NCBI GenBank assembly: GCA_035352635.1
Contig: DAOPYA010000003.1
Coordinates: 21,506-85,505, forward strand
DNA length: 64,000 bases
Source: Candidatus Rifleibacterium sp.
GTDB lineage: Bacteria > Muiribacteriota > Ozemobacteria > Ozemobacterales > Ozemobacteraceae
Direction: 5' to 3'
In this document: positions 1-8,931 of the stretch, in pieces
How the letters are laid out: the number at the start of each line of letters is the position of its first letter
Position numbering within the stretch: position 1 is the stretch's first letter
Position numbers and translations under genes: made by a program
The notes under the pieces: model-generated
Seen by the model: only the letters and a program-made list of their open reading frames with translations
Told to the model about the DNA's origin: nothing
Databases searched by the model: none

Positions 1-2216
1 TCGTCAGCTCTGAACTTTCGATTATTGCCGCTCTTGGCAATCTATATGGCGAAAACATCGATGCCCTTGCCGACGGTATCGGCGGCGTTCAGGGCAGTGG
101 CGGCGACGATCAGGCCGAACTTGGCGGCATGGATGAAAACGATGCCCCGATCATCAAACTGGTTAATCTGATTCTCACTCAGGCAGTCGTGACCAACGTC
201 TCTGACATTCACATCGAGATCTACGAAAATGAGCTGCGCATCAGATTCAGACAGGATGGCACGATGAAGGTGTTCATGACCCCCGCCAAAGCTGCCCATG
301 CGGGTGTTATCAGCCGCATCAAGGTAATGGCCAGTCTTGACATCGCCGAAACCCGTCGCCCGCAAGATGGTCGCATCAAGCTCAACATGCAGAATCGCAA
401 GATTGACCTGCGTGTTTCCTGCATTCCGTGCGTCTGGGGCGAAAAAGTCGTCATGCGTATCTGCGACCAGGGCAACCTTAAAGTTGACCTTAAAGATCTG
501 GGCTTTGAGCCTTTCGTGCTTGAAAAATACATGGAAGGGGTCGAAAGCGCGAACGGCATCGTGCTGGTAACTGGCCCAACCGGCTCAGGCAAAACCACAA
601 CCCTTTATTCATCGCTGTTTTTGCTCAACAACCCATCGATAAATATCATGACGGCCGAAGACCCGGTTGAGTATAACCTTATGGGCATCAACCAGGTGCA
701 ATGTCATGCTGATATCGGCCTTGATTTTAACGCGGCACTGCGCTCATTTCTGCGCCAGGACCCAGATGTAATCATGCTCGGAGAAATTCGCGACTTCGAA
801 ACCGCCAATATCGCCATCAAAGCAGCGCTTACCGGCCATCTGGTAATTTCAACCCTTCACACCAACGATGCTCCGGCAACGGTTGCCCGCCTGCTCAACA
901 TGGGAATCGAACCCTTCAGTCTGGCTTCTTCGCTGCGAATCGTTCAGGCACAACGCCTGGTTAAAAAAGTTTGCAAAACTTGCGGGGTTGAATTCAAACC
1001 CGACAAAGATCTGCTGCAATCTCTTGGTATCACTGAGCGCCTGTTGCATAAATTGCACCTCGACGACCGTTACACCATGGACAACGTTATGTTCAAACGT
1101 GGCAGCGGTTGCCCAGACTGCGACAACACCGGCCTCAAGGGGCGACAGGGCATTTATGAAGTTCTTTCCATGACCCAGAAATTCCGCGAACTGATCGAAA
1201 GCAGAGCAACCACCGAAGACATGCGGCGCCAGGCACTGATTGACGGCATGCTGTCACTTCGCGAATCGGCTATTTACAAGCTGATCTGCGGCAGCACTTC
1301 TGTCGAAGAAGTCTTCGGCACCACCATCGATGCCGGCGGCCAATCCGAAGAAGATGGTGGCACTCCCAAGCCCAAAATGGCCGAAGCTTCTGCACCAGCC
1401 AAACCCGTGGCCGGCAAGCCCGTTGAGCTCAACCTGCCGATTGGCTCTGCCGGGGGCAATCTCGGTGATCTGTCACGCGAACTGCATGAATTTAACAGCC
1501 TGCTTGCACGAGTTTCGGGCGCAACCCACGGCACAACCGGCATGACTACCATCAGCAATGAAATTCTCAAGAGCAATATTGCGGCCCCACTCGAAGCAAT
1601 CAGGGCGCAGGCCGCCAAAACCGACCAGGCCGACAAAGCTCTGCCAATCATTATGGCCCAGGGCCAGAAAATGGAACACAACGTCAAAAACCTCATAAGC
1701 CATTTTTCTGACTACACGCCAAAACTCGGGGTGCTGCACCTGAATCAGCTCGTCGAACAAGAAATTTTTGCCGGCCTGAAAAATCATGTCATCACTGCCC
1801 GACTGCTCTCGGGTGTTAAAGAAATCGGCAAAAACCTCAAGGTTTCTAAAAATCTGCCCGAGAATCTGCCCGATGTAAAAATCGATGCTGAGGCATTTGC
1901 AACCATTGCTTCAAATATTTTTATCAATGCCCTGATCGGTCTGGGTTCAAAAGGCGGCGAAATAAAAGTTGTGACACGCATCAAGCCCAAAACCACCGAC
2001 CGGGTTGAATTCATAATCTTCGACAGTGGCTCAGGCATACCCGTCGAGCGCCAGGGCGATCTTTTCAAACCATTCGTCGCCAACGGCAAAACTTCGCTGG
2101 GCCTTGGTCTGGCCGTTGCCCAAAAATTAGTCAGACAGCTGAACGGCGAAATAACCATCAGAAGTACCCCGGACACCAGCACCCTGGTGACCGTCGAACT
2201 GCCTGCCGCAGGCTGA
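1..2216 (+). CDS. PilB/GspE-family secretion ATPase, 5'-truncated (frame open to window start), fused to a C-terminal histidine-kinase-like transmitter (DHp + HATPase_c)
   Basis: Frame 3 has no stop codon upstream of the annotated ATG at 129 and the upstream translation still reads as GspE core. Walker A GPTGSGKTTT, Walker B DPDVIMLGEIRD, His-box LVISTLHTNDAP and the tetracysteine motif CKTCG...CPDCDNTG are present. The C-terminal roughly 270 aa carry a putative H-box (RELHEFNSLLARV), N-box (NIFINALIGL), G1 (DSGSGIP) and G2 (GLGLAVAQKLV). Confidence 0.8.
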   Translation, partial: VSSELSIIAALGNLYGENIDALADGIGGVQGSGGDDQAELGGMDENDAPIIKLVNLILTQAVVTNVSDIHIEIYENELRIRFRQDGTMKVFMTPAKAAHAGVISRIKVMASLDIAETRRPQDGRIKLNMQNRKIDLRVSCIPCVWGEKVVMRICDQGNLKVDLKDLGFEPFVLEKYMEGVESANGIVLVTGPTGSGKTTTLYSSLFLLNNPSINIMTAEDPVEYNLMGINQVQCHADIGLDFNAALRSFLRQDPDVIMLGEIRDFETANIAIKAALTGHLVISTLHTNDAPATVARLLNMGIEPFSLASSLRIVQAQRLVKKVCKTCGVEFKPDKDLLQSLGITERLLHKLHLDDRYTMDNVMFKRGSGCPDCDNTGLKGRQGIYEVLSMTQKFRELIESRATTEDMRRQALIDGMLSLRESAIYKLICGSTSVEEVFGTTIDAGGQSEEDGGTPKPKMAEASAPAKPVAGKPVELNLPIGSAGGNLGDLSRELHEFNSLLARVSGATHGTTGMTTISNEILKSNIAAPLEAIRAQAAKTDQADKALPIIMAQGQKMEHNVKNLISHFSDYTPKLGVLHLNQLVEQEIFAGLKNHVITARLLSGVKEIGKNLKVSKNLPENLPDVKIDAEAFATIASNIFINALIGLGSKGGEIKVVTRIKPKTTDRVEFIIFDSGSGIPVERQGDLFKPFVANGKTSLGLGLAVAQKLVRQLNGEITIRSTPDTSTLVTVELPAAG

Positions 2217-2264
2217 GAAGCCCGTCTGGCAGAAAAATCCATAAGCCAGGAGAGGAATAACTTC

Positions 2265-2888
2265 ATGATCATCACCAGGCGCTCATTAACAGGTTGGTTG
2301 CTGGTTGCCATGCTGCTGCTGAATGTGGTCGGCTTTGCCCAGAATGACAATCAGGTGGTTGCAGACCCTGCCCGTACTGACAACCCGGTGGTTGCCATCC
2401 TTGAACCGCAGTTCGGTTCAGTGCTGATTCGAGACCTCGAAGGTTTTCACGAATTCACCTTTTCAGCGCCATTCGACAAGATCGAAACCATCCTTAATCT
2501 TGTGGTAATGCAAGAATGGTATCCGACCTATATTTCGATCAGTTGCCGGCCAGACGAAAAAGCCGCAATCATTATGCGGGCCAGCATCAGCAAAAATGCG
2601 GCTTCCGAACGCTTTGCCATGCTTCAGCAGCTGGTGACACCCGGCCTGCTACCCTGGAAAACCGGCGAACTGAACAATGAATCGCCGGCGGTCACCGCTG
2701 TCGAAACTGATTTTTCGAGCCGGGTTTCGGTTCTTGGGCAGACCTTAAAAAGCGGCCTGATTTTTACCCAGCTTTTTCCGATGTTGCAAAGAGCGCCGGG
2801 CATCAGAGACCCATTCTTTGAACGCGGCAGCTACCGGGATTCTCCATCCGGCCGGCTTATGGAATTTTCGGTCAAATGCAACTGGTAA
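2265..2888 (+). CDS. hypothetical secreted protein (N-terminal signal peptide)
   Basis: 207-aa ORF with a hydrophobic N-terminus (LLVAMLLLNVVGFAQ) and no recognisable motif. It overlaps the rluB start by 13 nt. Confidence 0.4.
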   Translation: MIITRRSLTGWLLVAMLLLNVVGFAQNDNQVVADPARTDNPVVAILEPQFGSVLIRDLEGFHEFTFSAPFDKIETILNLVVMQEWYPTYISISCRPDEKAAIIMRASISKNAASERFAMLQQLVTPGLLPWKTGELNNESPAVTAVETDFSSRVSVLGQTLKSGLIFTQLFPMLQRAPGIRDPFFERGSYRDSPSGRLMEFSVKCNW

Positions 2889-3607
2889 GAATCCAGAAGC
2901 TGCTGGCGAACTGGGGAGCGGCGTCAAGAAGAGCCATTGAGCGACTGATCGATGAAAAAGCCATCAGTACCGACGGCATACCGGTCGAAGGGCAAGGGAC
3001 CCTTGTCGATGCAGACAATCCCCCTGAAATACGCATCAATGGCAAGCTGATCACACCGCCACGCGACAAGGTCTGCCGGGTTTATGCATTTAATAAGCCG
3101 ATGCTGGTCATTACGACTCTCAAAGACGAGCGTGGCCGGCGCACCATAGCCGATTACCTGCCAGTCGGTCAGCGACTCTACCCGGTTGGCCGCCTCGATT
3201 ACGACTCGACCGGTTTGCTGATCATCACCGACCACGGTGAACTGACTAACCGTCTGCTGCACCCTTCTTACAAAGTCGAAAAAGAGTATCTCGTCAAAAT
3301 TACGGGCGCAGAACTGTCTACAGCCGAATTTGCAATGTTTACCAGCGGGTTGCAGCTTGACGACGGCTTGACTCTGCCCTGCCAGCTGAAAAAGCTCGCC
3401 GAACCAGGCACTTATTCGGTTACGATACGAGAAGGGCGAAAACGTCAGGTTCGACGGATGTTCTCATGCCTTGGGCATAAAGTTCTCAGCCTGCACCGCA
3501 CCCGGTTCGGGCCGCTGAGCATCGGCAACCTCAAGGCAGGCGAACTCAGAGAACTCAGCGTAGAAGAAAAAGCAGCCCTGCTGAAATCAGCAGGGCTGCA
3601 TGAATAA
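2876..3607 (+). CDS. rluB: RsuA/RluB-family 16S/23S rRNA pseudouridine synthase (S4 domain + catalytic domain)
   Basis: N-terminal S4-like segment (IQKLLANWGAASRRAIERLIDEKAISTDG). Catalytic motif GRLDYDSTGLLIITDHGELTNRLLHP is typical of RsuA/RluB. Confidence 0.75.
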   Translation: MQLVRIQKLLANWGAASRRAIERLIDEKAISTDGIPVEGQGTLVDADNPPEIRINGKLITPPRDKVCRVYAFNKPMLVITTLKDERGRRTIADYLPVGQRLYPVGRLDYDSTGLLIITDHGELTNRLLHPSYKVEKEYLVKITGAELSTAEFAMFTSGLQLDDGLTLPCQLKKLAEPGTYSVTIREGRKRQVRRMFSCLGHKVLSLHRTRFGPLSIGNLKAGELRELSVEEKAALLKSAGLHE

Positions 3608-3614
3608 CCAGTAA

Positions 3615-4697
3615 TCAGTTCTTCGGGGCGAGCATGGCAGCCTTGATGCGCTTCAGGTGCAAAGACACCCTCGCAGCGGGCAAACCGTTTTTCTGCATGT
3701 TCAGCCACATGGCAGCCGCCTGATACAGGTAACCACTCTTTTCGAGTTTCCAGGCTGCCACGATTGAATCTTCGGCGGTTACGACCACGGCAACCGTCAT
3801 AGAAGCAAGATTACCACCCAGATTAAATGTCGAGGTTGCGGCACCGGTATAGTCAACCGAGAACTCGCACCAGCCATCAACAGGTGAACCGAGACTGAAA
3901 CTGCTCACCCCGGCACCCGAAACATCAAAACTACTTTCTGCGTCACAGATGCCCGTGAATACTTCGGTCGGCATGGCAAAGCAGAGCGGCGCAACAGCAG
4001 GAGCAGGGGCCGCTTTCGCATTGTCAGACTCCTCAGATTTTAAACTTCCGGCCTCAGATGAAGAGGGCGCAGCACCGGCAGTCATCGCACCATTGTCGGG
4101 CATAGATTCTGATTCAGAAGGCTTGTCGGTTTCAAAAGCATCGGCTATTGGTTCGTCAGGCGCTTGCGGCACAGCTATCTCAGGAGTCATGCCAATTTCT
4201 TTGTCGATTTTTTCGTCGATTTCAGCTGATTTATTTAAACCTTCGTCAGAAATCGAAGGCCGTAATTCTTGTTGTCTGGCAGAAGCAGGTGGCGGAGGAG
4301 CTGCTGAAGCTCCCACGATTCTTTCGGGGTTCACCGCTCCGGTCTGGTTGGCCATGTTCTGCCCGAGTGCAAGATCGCTTGAAACGAGCTCAACAGCGCT
4401 GGAGGTAAAATTGCCGCCAACCACTGCGGCCAGTGAAATGGTAGCAGTCGCATCGGCGCTGAAGCGATATTCCTGGTTGGTGGGCAGATGAATCAGCACG
4501 AGCGAGCCATCGGGAGCCACTTTAATTTCGACACCGTCGGGCAGAATTTCTGCAAGCTCGACTTCCCATTTGTCGCCTGCCAGGCTTGCCTGAACAGAAC
4601 CGGTCTTGTCAGTGACCATGGCCACTTCAGCCGCGGCCAGCATGCTGACCGGCAGAATAAAGCAAAACAACAGCACCAGGGATGTGATTCTCGACAT
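3615..4697 (-). CDS. FecR-domain secreted protein (sensor partner of the downstream cyclase)
   Basis: Signal peptide MSRITSLVLLFCFILPVSMLAAA, then a FecR-like beta domain and an acidic Ala/Pro/Ser-rich linker. Start chosen at the internal ATG 4697 with a GGAGG RBS, 1 nt after the cyclase stop. Confidence 0.55.
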   Translation of the reverse strand: MSRITSLVLLFCFILPVSMLAAAEVAMVTDKTGSVQASLAGDKWEVELAEILPDGVEIKVAPDGSLVLIHLPTNQEYRFSADATATISLAAVVGGNFTSSAVELVSSDLALGQNMANQTGAVNPERIVGASAAPPPPASARQQELRPSISDEGLNKSAEIDEKIDKEIGMTPEIAVPQAPDEPIADAFETDKPSESESMPDNGAMTAGAAPSSSEAGSLKSEESDNAKAAPAPAVAPLCFAMPTEVFTGICDAESSFDVSGAGVSSFSLGSPVDGWCEFSVDYTGAATSTFNLGGNLASMTVAVVVTAEDSIVAAWKLEKSGYLYQAAAMWLNMQKNGLPAARVSLHLKRIKAAMLAPKN

Positions 4698-4698
4698 T

Positions 4699-6498
4699 TT
4701 ATGCCTCCAGATTGCTGATGGTATAAAGCTCAACTTCGTTGGCTTTACCACGTAAACTCGTCTTTGCCAGAAATTTCCAGGGAATTTCTGCCTTTGTTGA
4801 TTTTACCACTTCTCCGCTGACGAGCAGAGAAGTTTGATATTCTTTGTTGAGGCTTTCCATGCGCGAGCAGGCGTTAACCGTGTCGCCGATAACCGTAAAT
4901 TCAGCCTTTCGCTCTGAGCCGATATTGCCAAACACCACATTGCCGGCGTGCAGTGCCAGGCCAACTTTTAAGTCTACTCCATAGCAGGTTGCTTTGAATT
5001 CAGGGGAAGCGGTGAAAGCAATAATCTCTCGGGCCGCCTTGACTGCGTCATCTGCATAGTCGGCATGTTCGACCGGCGCGTTGAAAAATGCCAGCAGGCC
5101 ATCACCCAGAAACTTATCTACTACGCCGCGGTTCGCCATAATAATGTCAGTCAGACGGGCAAAGTAGGCATTGAGAAACTGCACAATTTCGGGGGCATCG
5201 CGCTGTTCGCTGAATGAGGTAAAGCCTCTGATATCAGCGATAAGAATACACAATCTTCGGCGCTTGCCCTGCAGAAAATCACGATCATTTGAGGCGAGTA
5301 TTTCTTTGACGACCGAGTCACTGACATAACGGCTGAAAATGGCCCGCACACGCCGCCGGTCGAGATAAATGGCGCGGTAGGCGAGAAATCGCTCAGCGGT
5401 TATGAAGACGGCGAGAAGCAGCAACGGGCGCACCACCGGTATTACCAGGGGGTCGAACCATAAGACCGCCATAATCGGCCAGCCAACAAAGAGCAACGCC
5501 GCGCAGACAAGCGATGCATTACGTTGCCAGCGGGCAATCAGCAGCAGACCGATAAGAAGCGCCACAATCACCATGATCTCGTGCTGCCGTGACATGGGTT
5601 GCAGAAAGCGGTCATTGAGAATGTTATCAAGGATATTGGCGTGTATTTCGACCCCGGGCATATAGTCATAGGGGGTCGCTTTGAAATCTGTGATATCAGT
5701 AAAGCCCAGCAAAACGATTTTCCCGGCAAGATCGTTATTTAATGACCCGCCGGCACGGGCAGACTCAAGCAGACGCCGCACCGGAACTGTTTTTATCGTA
5801 CCGCGCGGGCCACGGTAGCTTATCTGCTGAATCGGGTTGGCGGATAGCGGTTGTTTATAATAACCACTGCGCATGGCGGCAACCATGGCTACGGCATGCA
5901 CAGCCCCGGCAGGCCCGGTTCCGGAAAGCTGAACGTTGCGGATAACGCCGTCGTGTGAGGTTGCCAGATTGAAATACCCGGTGTTTTCTTTTCGGGCAAT
6001 ATGCAGAAGGGTCGGGTCAGAGAAGACGGGTTGGTTTTTTTCCCAGGCGTAGCCGGCGATCAACGATGCCCCTGAAGCGACAAACTCAAGCAGAGCAGTT
6101 CTGAATGGCTTTTCGAAGCCAATTTCGCGAAAAAAGCGGCCGGGCAGATCAAGACCAAGCCGTTCACCCGTTTCGCGCACGTGGTCACGAATAACCGATT
6201 CAGAGCCTGGCGAGAACACCAGGTCGAGCAGCAGGGCCGAAGCCGAAGCCTGGCTGACCGCCCTGGTCAGTTCAGCATAGATCGGGCCCCAGGCAAACAT
6301 CGGCCGACCAGCCCAGGCAAGGGTTTCCTGGTCTATGCCTGCGATGACGATTCTGGAATCAGGCGTCACAGCACCACGCCAGCGAAACTGCATGTCGAGC
6401 ACCCGGTTTTCGGCATCGTCAATCAATCTGAAATCGCCGCCATATATTAACAGCCCAAGAATCAGACAGATTAACCAGGTCAATGCATTCAGTCTCAT
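4699..6498 (-). CDS. CHASE2 sensor domain class III adenylate/guanylate cyclase
   Basis: N-terminal TM, periplasmic CHASE2-like region and three TM helices. The C-terminal CYC domain carries LCILIADIRGFTSFSE...FLGDGLLAFFNAP...GNVVFGNIGS. Confidence 0.85.
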   Translation of the reverse strand: MRLNALTWLICLILGLLIYGGDFRLIDDAENRVLDMQFRWRGAVTPDSRIVIAGIDQETLAWAGRPMFAWGPIYAELTRAVSQASASALLLDLVFSPGSESVIRDHVRETGERLGLDLPGRFFREIGFEKPFRTALLEFVASGASLIAGYAWEKNQPVFSDPTLLHIARKENTGYFNLATSHDGVIRNVQLSGTGPAGAVHAVAMVAAMRSGYYKQPLSANPIQQISYRGPRGTIKTVPVRRLLESARAGGSLNNDLAGKIVLLGFTDITDFKATPYDYMPGVEIHANILDNILNDRFLQPMSRQHEIMVIVALLIGLLLIARWQRNASLVCAALLFVGWPIMAVLWFDPLVIPVVRPLLLLAVFITAERFLAYRAIYLDRRRVRAIFSRYVSDSVVKEILASNDRDFLQGKRRRLCILIADIRGFTSFSEQRDAPEIVQFLNAYFARLTDIIMANRGVVDKFLGDGLLAFFNAPVEHADYADDAVKAAREIIAFTASPEFKATCYGVDLKVGLALHAGNVVFGNIGSERKAEFTVIGDTVNACSRMESLNKEYQTSLLVSGEVVKSTKAEIPWKFLAKTSLRGKANEVELYTISNLEA

Positions 6499-6735
6499 TT
6501 AATATCCTTGCTTTTTGTATTCTTACTCTATCACAATTCAGCGGTCAAAGCATCCACAACTATGCTGATAACGCCCGAAACGGTCGCCGGATTTAGTTTT
6601 TCGGCGGTGCCGGCCAAAATTCAACAAACGGATGACAATTTTGCCGGCGGGGGGTAAAATGAGCGGGTACACTTCAATCCCCGCTTTTGTCAAAGCAACA
6701 TAGACCGATACGACAGACGCACAAGGAGGAAAGGG

Positions 6736-7053
6736 ATGACATCCCTTCGCATTCAGGAACACCCGGTTCTCAGTTTTCCGGAACGCAAACTGGTTAAGTT
6801 TTTCTTCGAAGATCGTGAGTATGAGGGCTATGAAGGCGAACCAATCGCGGCTGCCCTTCATGCTGCCGGGGTTAAGACCCTGCGCCGCAGCCCTCAGAAG
6901 AATCGCGCCCGAGGGTTCTTCTGTGCCATCGGCCGCTGTTCAAGCTGCATAATGGAAGTTGACGGCCAGGTAAATATCATGACCTGTATCACTCCGTTGA
7001 AACCAGGCATGAAGATCCGCATGCAGAAAGGGCACGGTGTCATTCACCCATGA
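6736..7053 (+). CDS. 2Fe-2S ferredoxin-like small subunit of a heteromeric FAD amino-acid dehydrogenase/oxidase (SoxA-N / HcnA-like)
   Basis: Cys cluster FFCAIGRCSSCIMEVDG...MTC, placed as the first gene of the operon. RBS AAGGAGGAAAGGG lies upstream. Confidence 0.55.
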   Translation: MTSLRIQEHPVLSFPERKLVKFFFEDREYEGYEGEPIAAALHAAGVKTLRRSPQKNRARGFFCAIGRCSSCIMEVDGQVNIMTCITPLKPGMKIRMQKGHGVIHP

Positions 7054-8147
7054 GCAGAAAAACAGAAGTTTTTATAATCGGCGGTGGCCCGGCCGGCCTT
7101 TCTGCCGCAACAGTAGCGGCAGAACTGGGTGCCCAGACCCTTCTCGTCGATGACAGTGCCAGGCTTGGCGGTCAGCTGATCAAGCAGACCCATCGGTTCT
7201 TCGGCAGCAGCAATCGCGATGCAGGCATTCGCGGCATAACCATTGCCAACAAACTTTGCGAAGAAGTTAAATCAGCGTCTGACCGGCTGACTGTTCTCGA
7301 GAACACTGCTGCCGTTGGGTTTTACGCCAACAAGGAAGCCGGAATACTTTCTCAAAGTGCTTATGAGCGGGTATCATATCAGGCAGCCATTGTCTGTACC
7401 GGGGCTACCGAGAACAGTCTTGCCTTTGAGAACAATGACCTGCCTGGCATTTATGGTGCTGGCGGCGTGCAAACCCTGATGAATGTCCATGGCATCAAGC
7501 CAGGCCAGAAAATTCTCATGGTTGGCAGCGGTAACATCGGCTTGATCGTCAGTTATCAGTTGATTCAGGCTGGGGTCGAAGTTGTTGGCCTGGTCGAAGG
7601 CATGCCAAACATCGGCGGCTATCTGGTGCATGCCAGCAAAATCCGCCGACTGGGCGTGCCAATCTACACTTCACATACTATCCTGAAAGCCCTAGGCGAG
7701 ACGGGCGTCGGCGGCGCGGTGCTCTGCCGGGTTGACGAAAAATTTCAGGCGGTTCCCAATACTGAATTCGAAGTTAACTGCGACTGTATCTGCCTCGCGG
7801 TTGGCCTGACCCCGCTGATCGACCTGTTTCAACAGGCCCAGTGCCGCATGGTGCATGTCGGCGAACTTGGTGGTCTGGTTCCGCTGCATGATTCAGCCAT
7901 GCGCACAACCAACCATGATATTTTTGTGGCCGGTGATGCCTCGGGCATTGAAGAAGCAACCACCGCGATGCTGGCCGGGCGAATAGCCGGAGCCAAAGCC
8001 TACGAAAGCATTCACGGCAAATCTGTTAAAGCAGAAGCCATTGTTGAAGAAGCCCGCGAAGAATTACGCACCCTCAGGTCAGGCTCAACAGGTGACCGCA
8101 TTCGCTGGGGCCGCGAACGGGTGCTCAAGGAGGCAGGATCATGTTAA
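7050..8147 (+). CDS. FAD/NAD(P)-binding oxidoreductase, alpha-like subunit (HcnB/OoxA/PdhB-like)
   Basis: Dinucleotide-binding motif VFIIGGGPAGLSAA, a second GxGxxG (MVGSGNIGLIV) and FVAGDASG. Start overlaps the upstream stop (ATGA). Confidence 0.75.
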   Translation: MSRKTEVFIIGGGPAGLSAATVAAELGAQTLLVDDSARLGGQLIKQTHRFFGSSNRDAGIRGITIANKLCEEVKSASDRLTVLENTAAVGFYANKEAGILSQSAYERVSYQAAIVCTGATENSLAFENNDLPGIYGAGGVQTLMNVHGIKPGQKILMVGSGNIGLIVSYQLIQAGVEVVGLVEGMPNIGGYLVHASKIRRLGVPIYTSHTILKALGETGVGGAVLCRVDEKFQAVPNTEFEVNCDCICLAVGLTPLIDLFQQAQCRMVHVGELGGLVPLHDSAMRTTNHDIFVAGDASGIEEATTAMLAGRIAGAKAYESIHGKSVKAEAIVEEAREELRTLRSGSTGDRIRWGRERVLKEAGSC

Positions 8148-8626
8148 AAAATACCGGTATCCCTACCGCTGAAGAGTTAAAAAATGTAATGCCACCCCAC
8201 GAAAGACTGGCAAAAGGCCCGGTTGCAATCATAGAGTGCCTCCAGGATATCCCCTGTGACCCATGCGTTTCAGCATGCCCGGTGCATGCTATTCAGATGC
8301 AGTCTGGAATCACCGACCGGCCGCAGCTGAATTTCGATAAATGCACTGGTTGCGGCGCCTGCGTGCCCAAATGCCCTGGCCTGGCCATCTTCATCGTTAA
8401 CATGCAGCATAAAGTCGCCGGCATGGCAACTTTGTCGCTGAGCTACGAACTGCTGCCCATTCCGGCAAAAGACAGCGAAGTTGACGCCCTCGACCGTTCA
8501 GGCAAGTTCCTCTGCCGGGCAAAGGTCATCAGGGTCATCAACCCGCCGGCCTACGACCGAACCGCCGTTGTTACCATTGAAGTTCCCGCCGACCGGATCA
8601 ACGATATCCGTGCCATACGAGTTTGA
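8141..8626 (+). CDS. 2x[4Fe-4S] ferredoxin-like subunit
   Basis: Two Cys clusters: CDPCVSACPVHAI and CTGCGACVPKCPGLAI. Confidence 0.7.
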   Translation: MLKNTGIPTAEELKNVMPPHERLAKGPVAIIECLQDIPCDPCVSACPVHAIQMQSGITDRPQLNFDKCTGCGACVPKCPGLAIFIVNMQHKVAGMATLSLSYELLPIPAKDSEVDALDRSGKFLCRAKVIRVINPPAYDRTAVVTIEVPADRINDIRAIRV

Positions 8627-8640
8627 CAGGGAGAGCCAAC

Positions 8641-8931
8641 ATGAAAATCATCTGCAGATGTATGGATGTAACCGAAGACGAAATCATTGCCGCCATTAGA
8701 CAGGGCGCAACTACCATTGACGAAATCCGAAGACTGGTGAGGGCCGGCATGGGTTCGTGTCAGGGTCGCACCTGTCGCCGCCTGGTTTCGCAGATTATCA
8801 GCCGCGAGCTCAAAACCCCCGCAGCCGAAATTTACCCGCCTACCTTCAGACCACCTAACCGACCGGTTGCGTTTGAGCTGATCAATGCCGAACTCGCCAC
8901 CCACGATCAGGAAAACGGAGAAGGCAAATGA
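8641..8931 (+). CDS. BFD-like [2Fe-2S]-binding domain protein
   Basis: CRCMDVTEDEI...GMGSCQGRTCRRL is a BFD-like motif. Start taken at ATG 8641, which follows a GGGAGAG RBS; the track ORF begins at 8623. Confidence 0.6.
   Translation: MKIICRCMDVTEDEIIAAIRQGATTIDEIRRLVRAGMGSCQGRTCRRLVSQIISRELKTPAAEIYPPTFRPPNRPVAFELINAELATHDQENGEGK

Noticed and set aside
42-598. Minus-strand ORFs 42-365 and 221-598 overlapping the GspE-like gene
   Set aside because: They lie antisense to a highly conserved ATPase core, so they are spurious.
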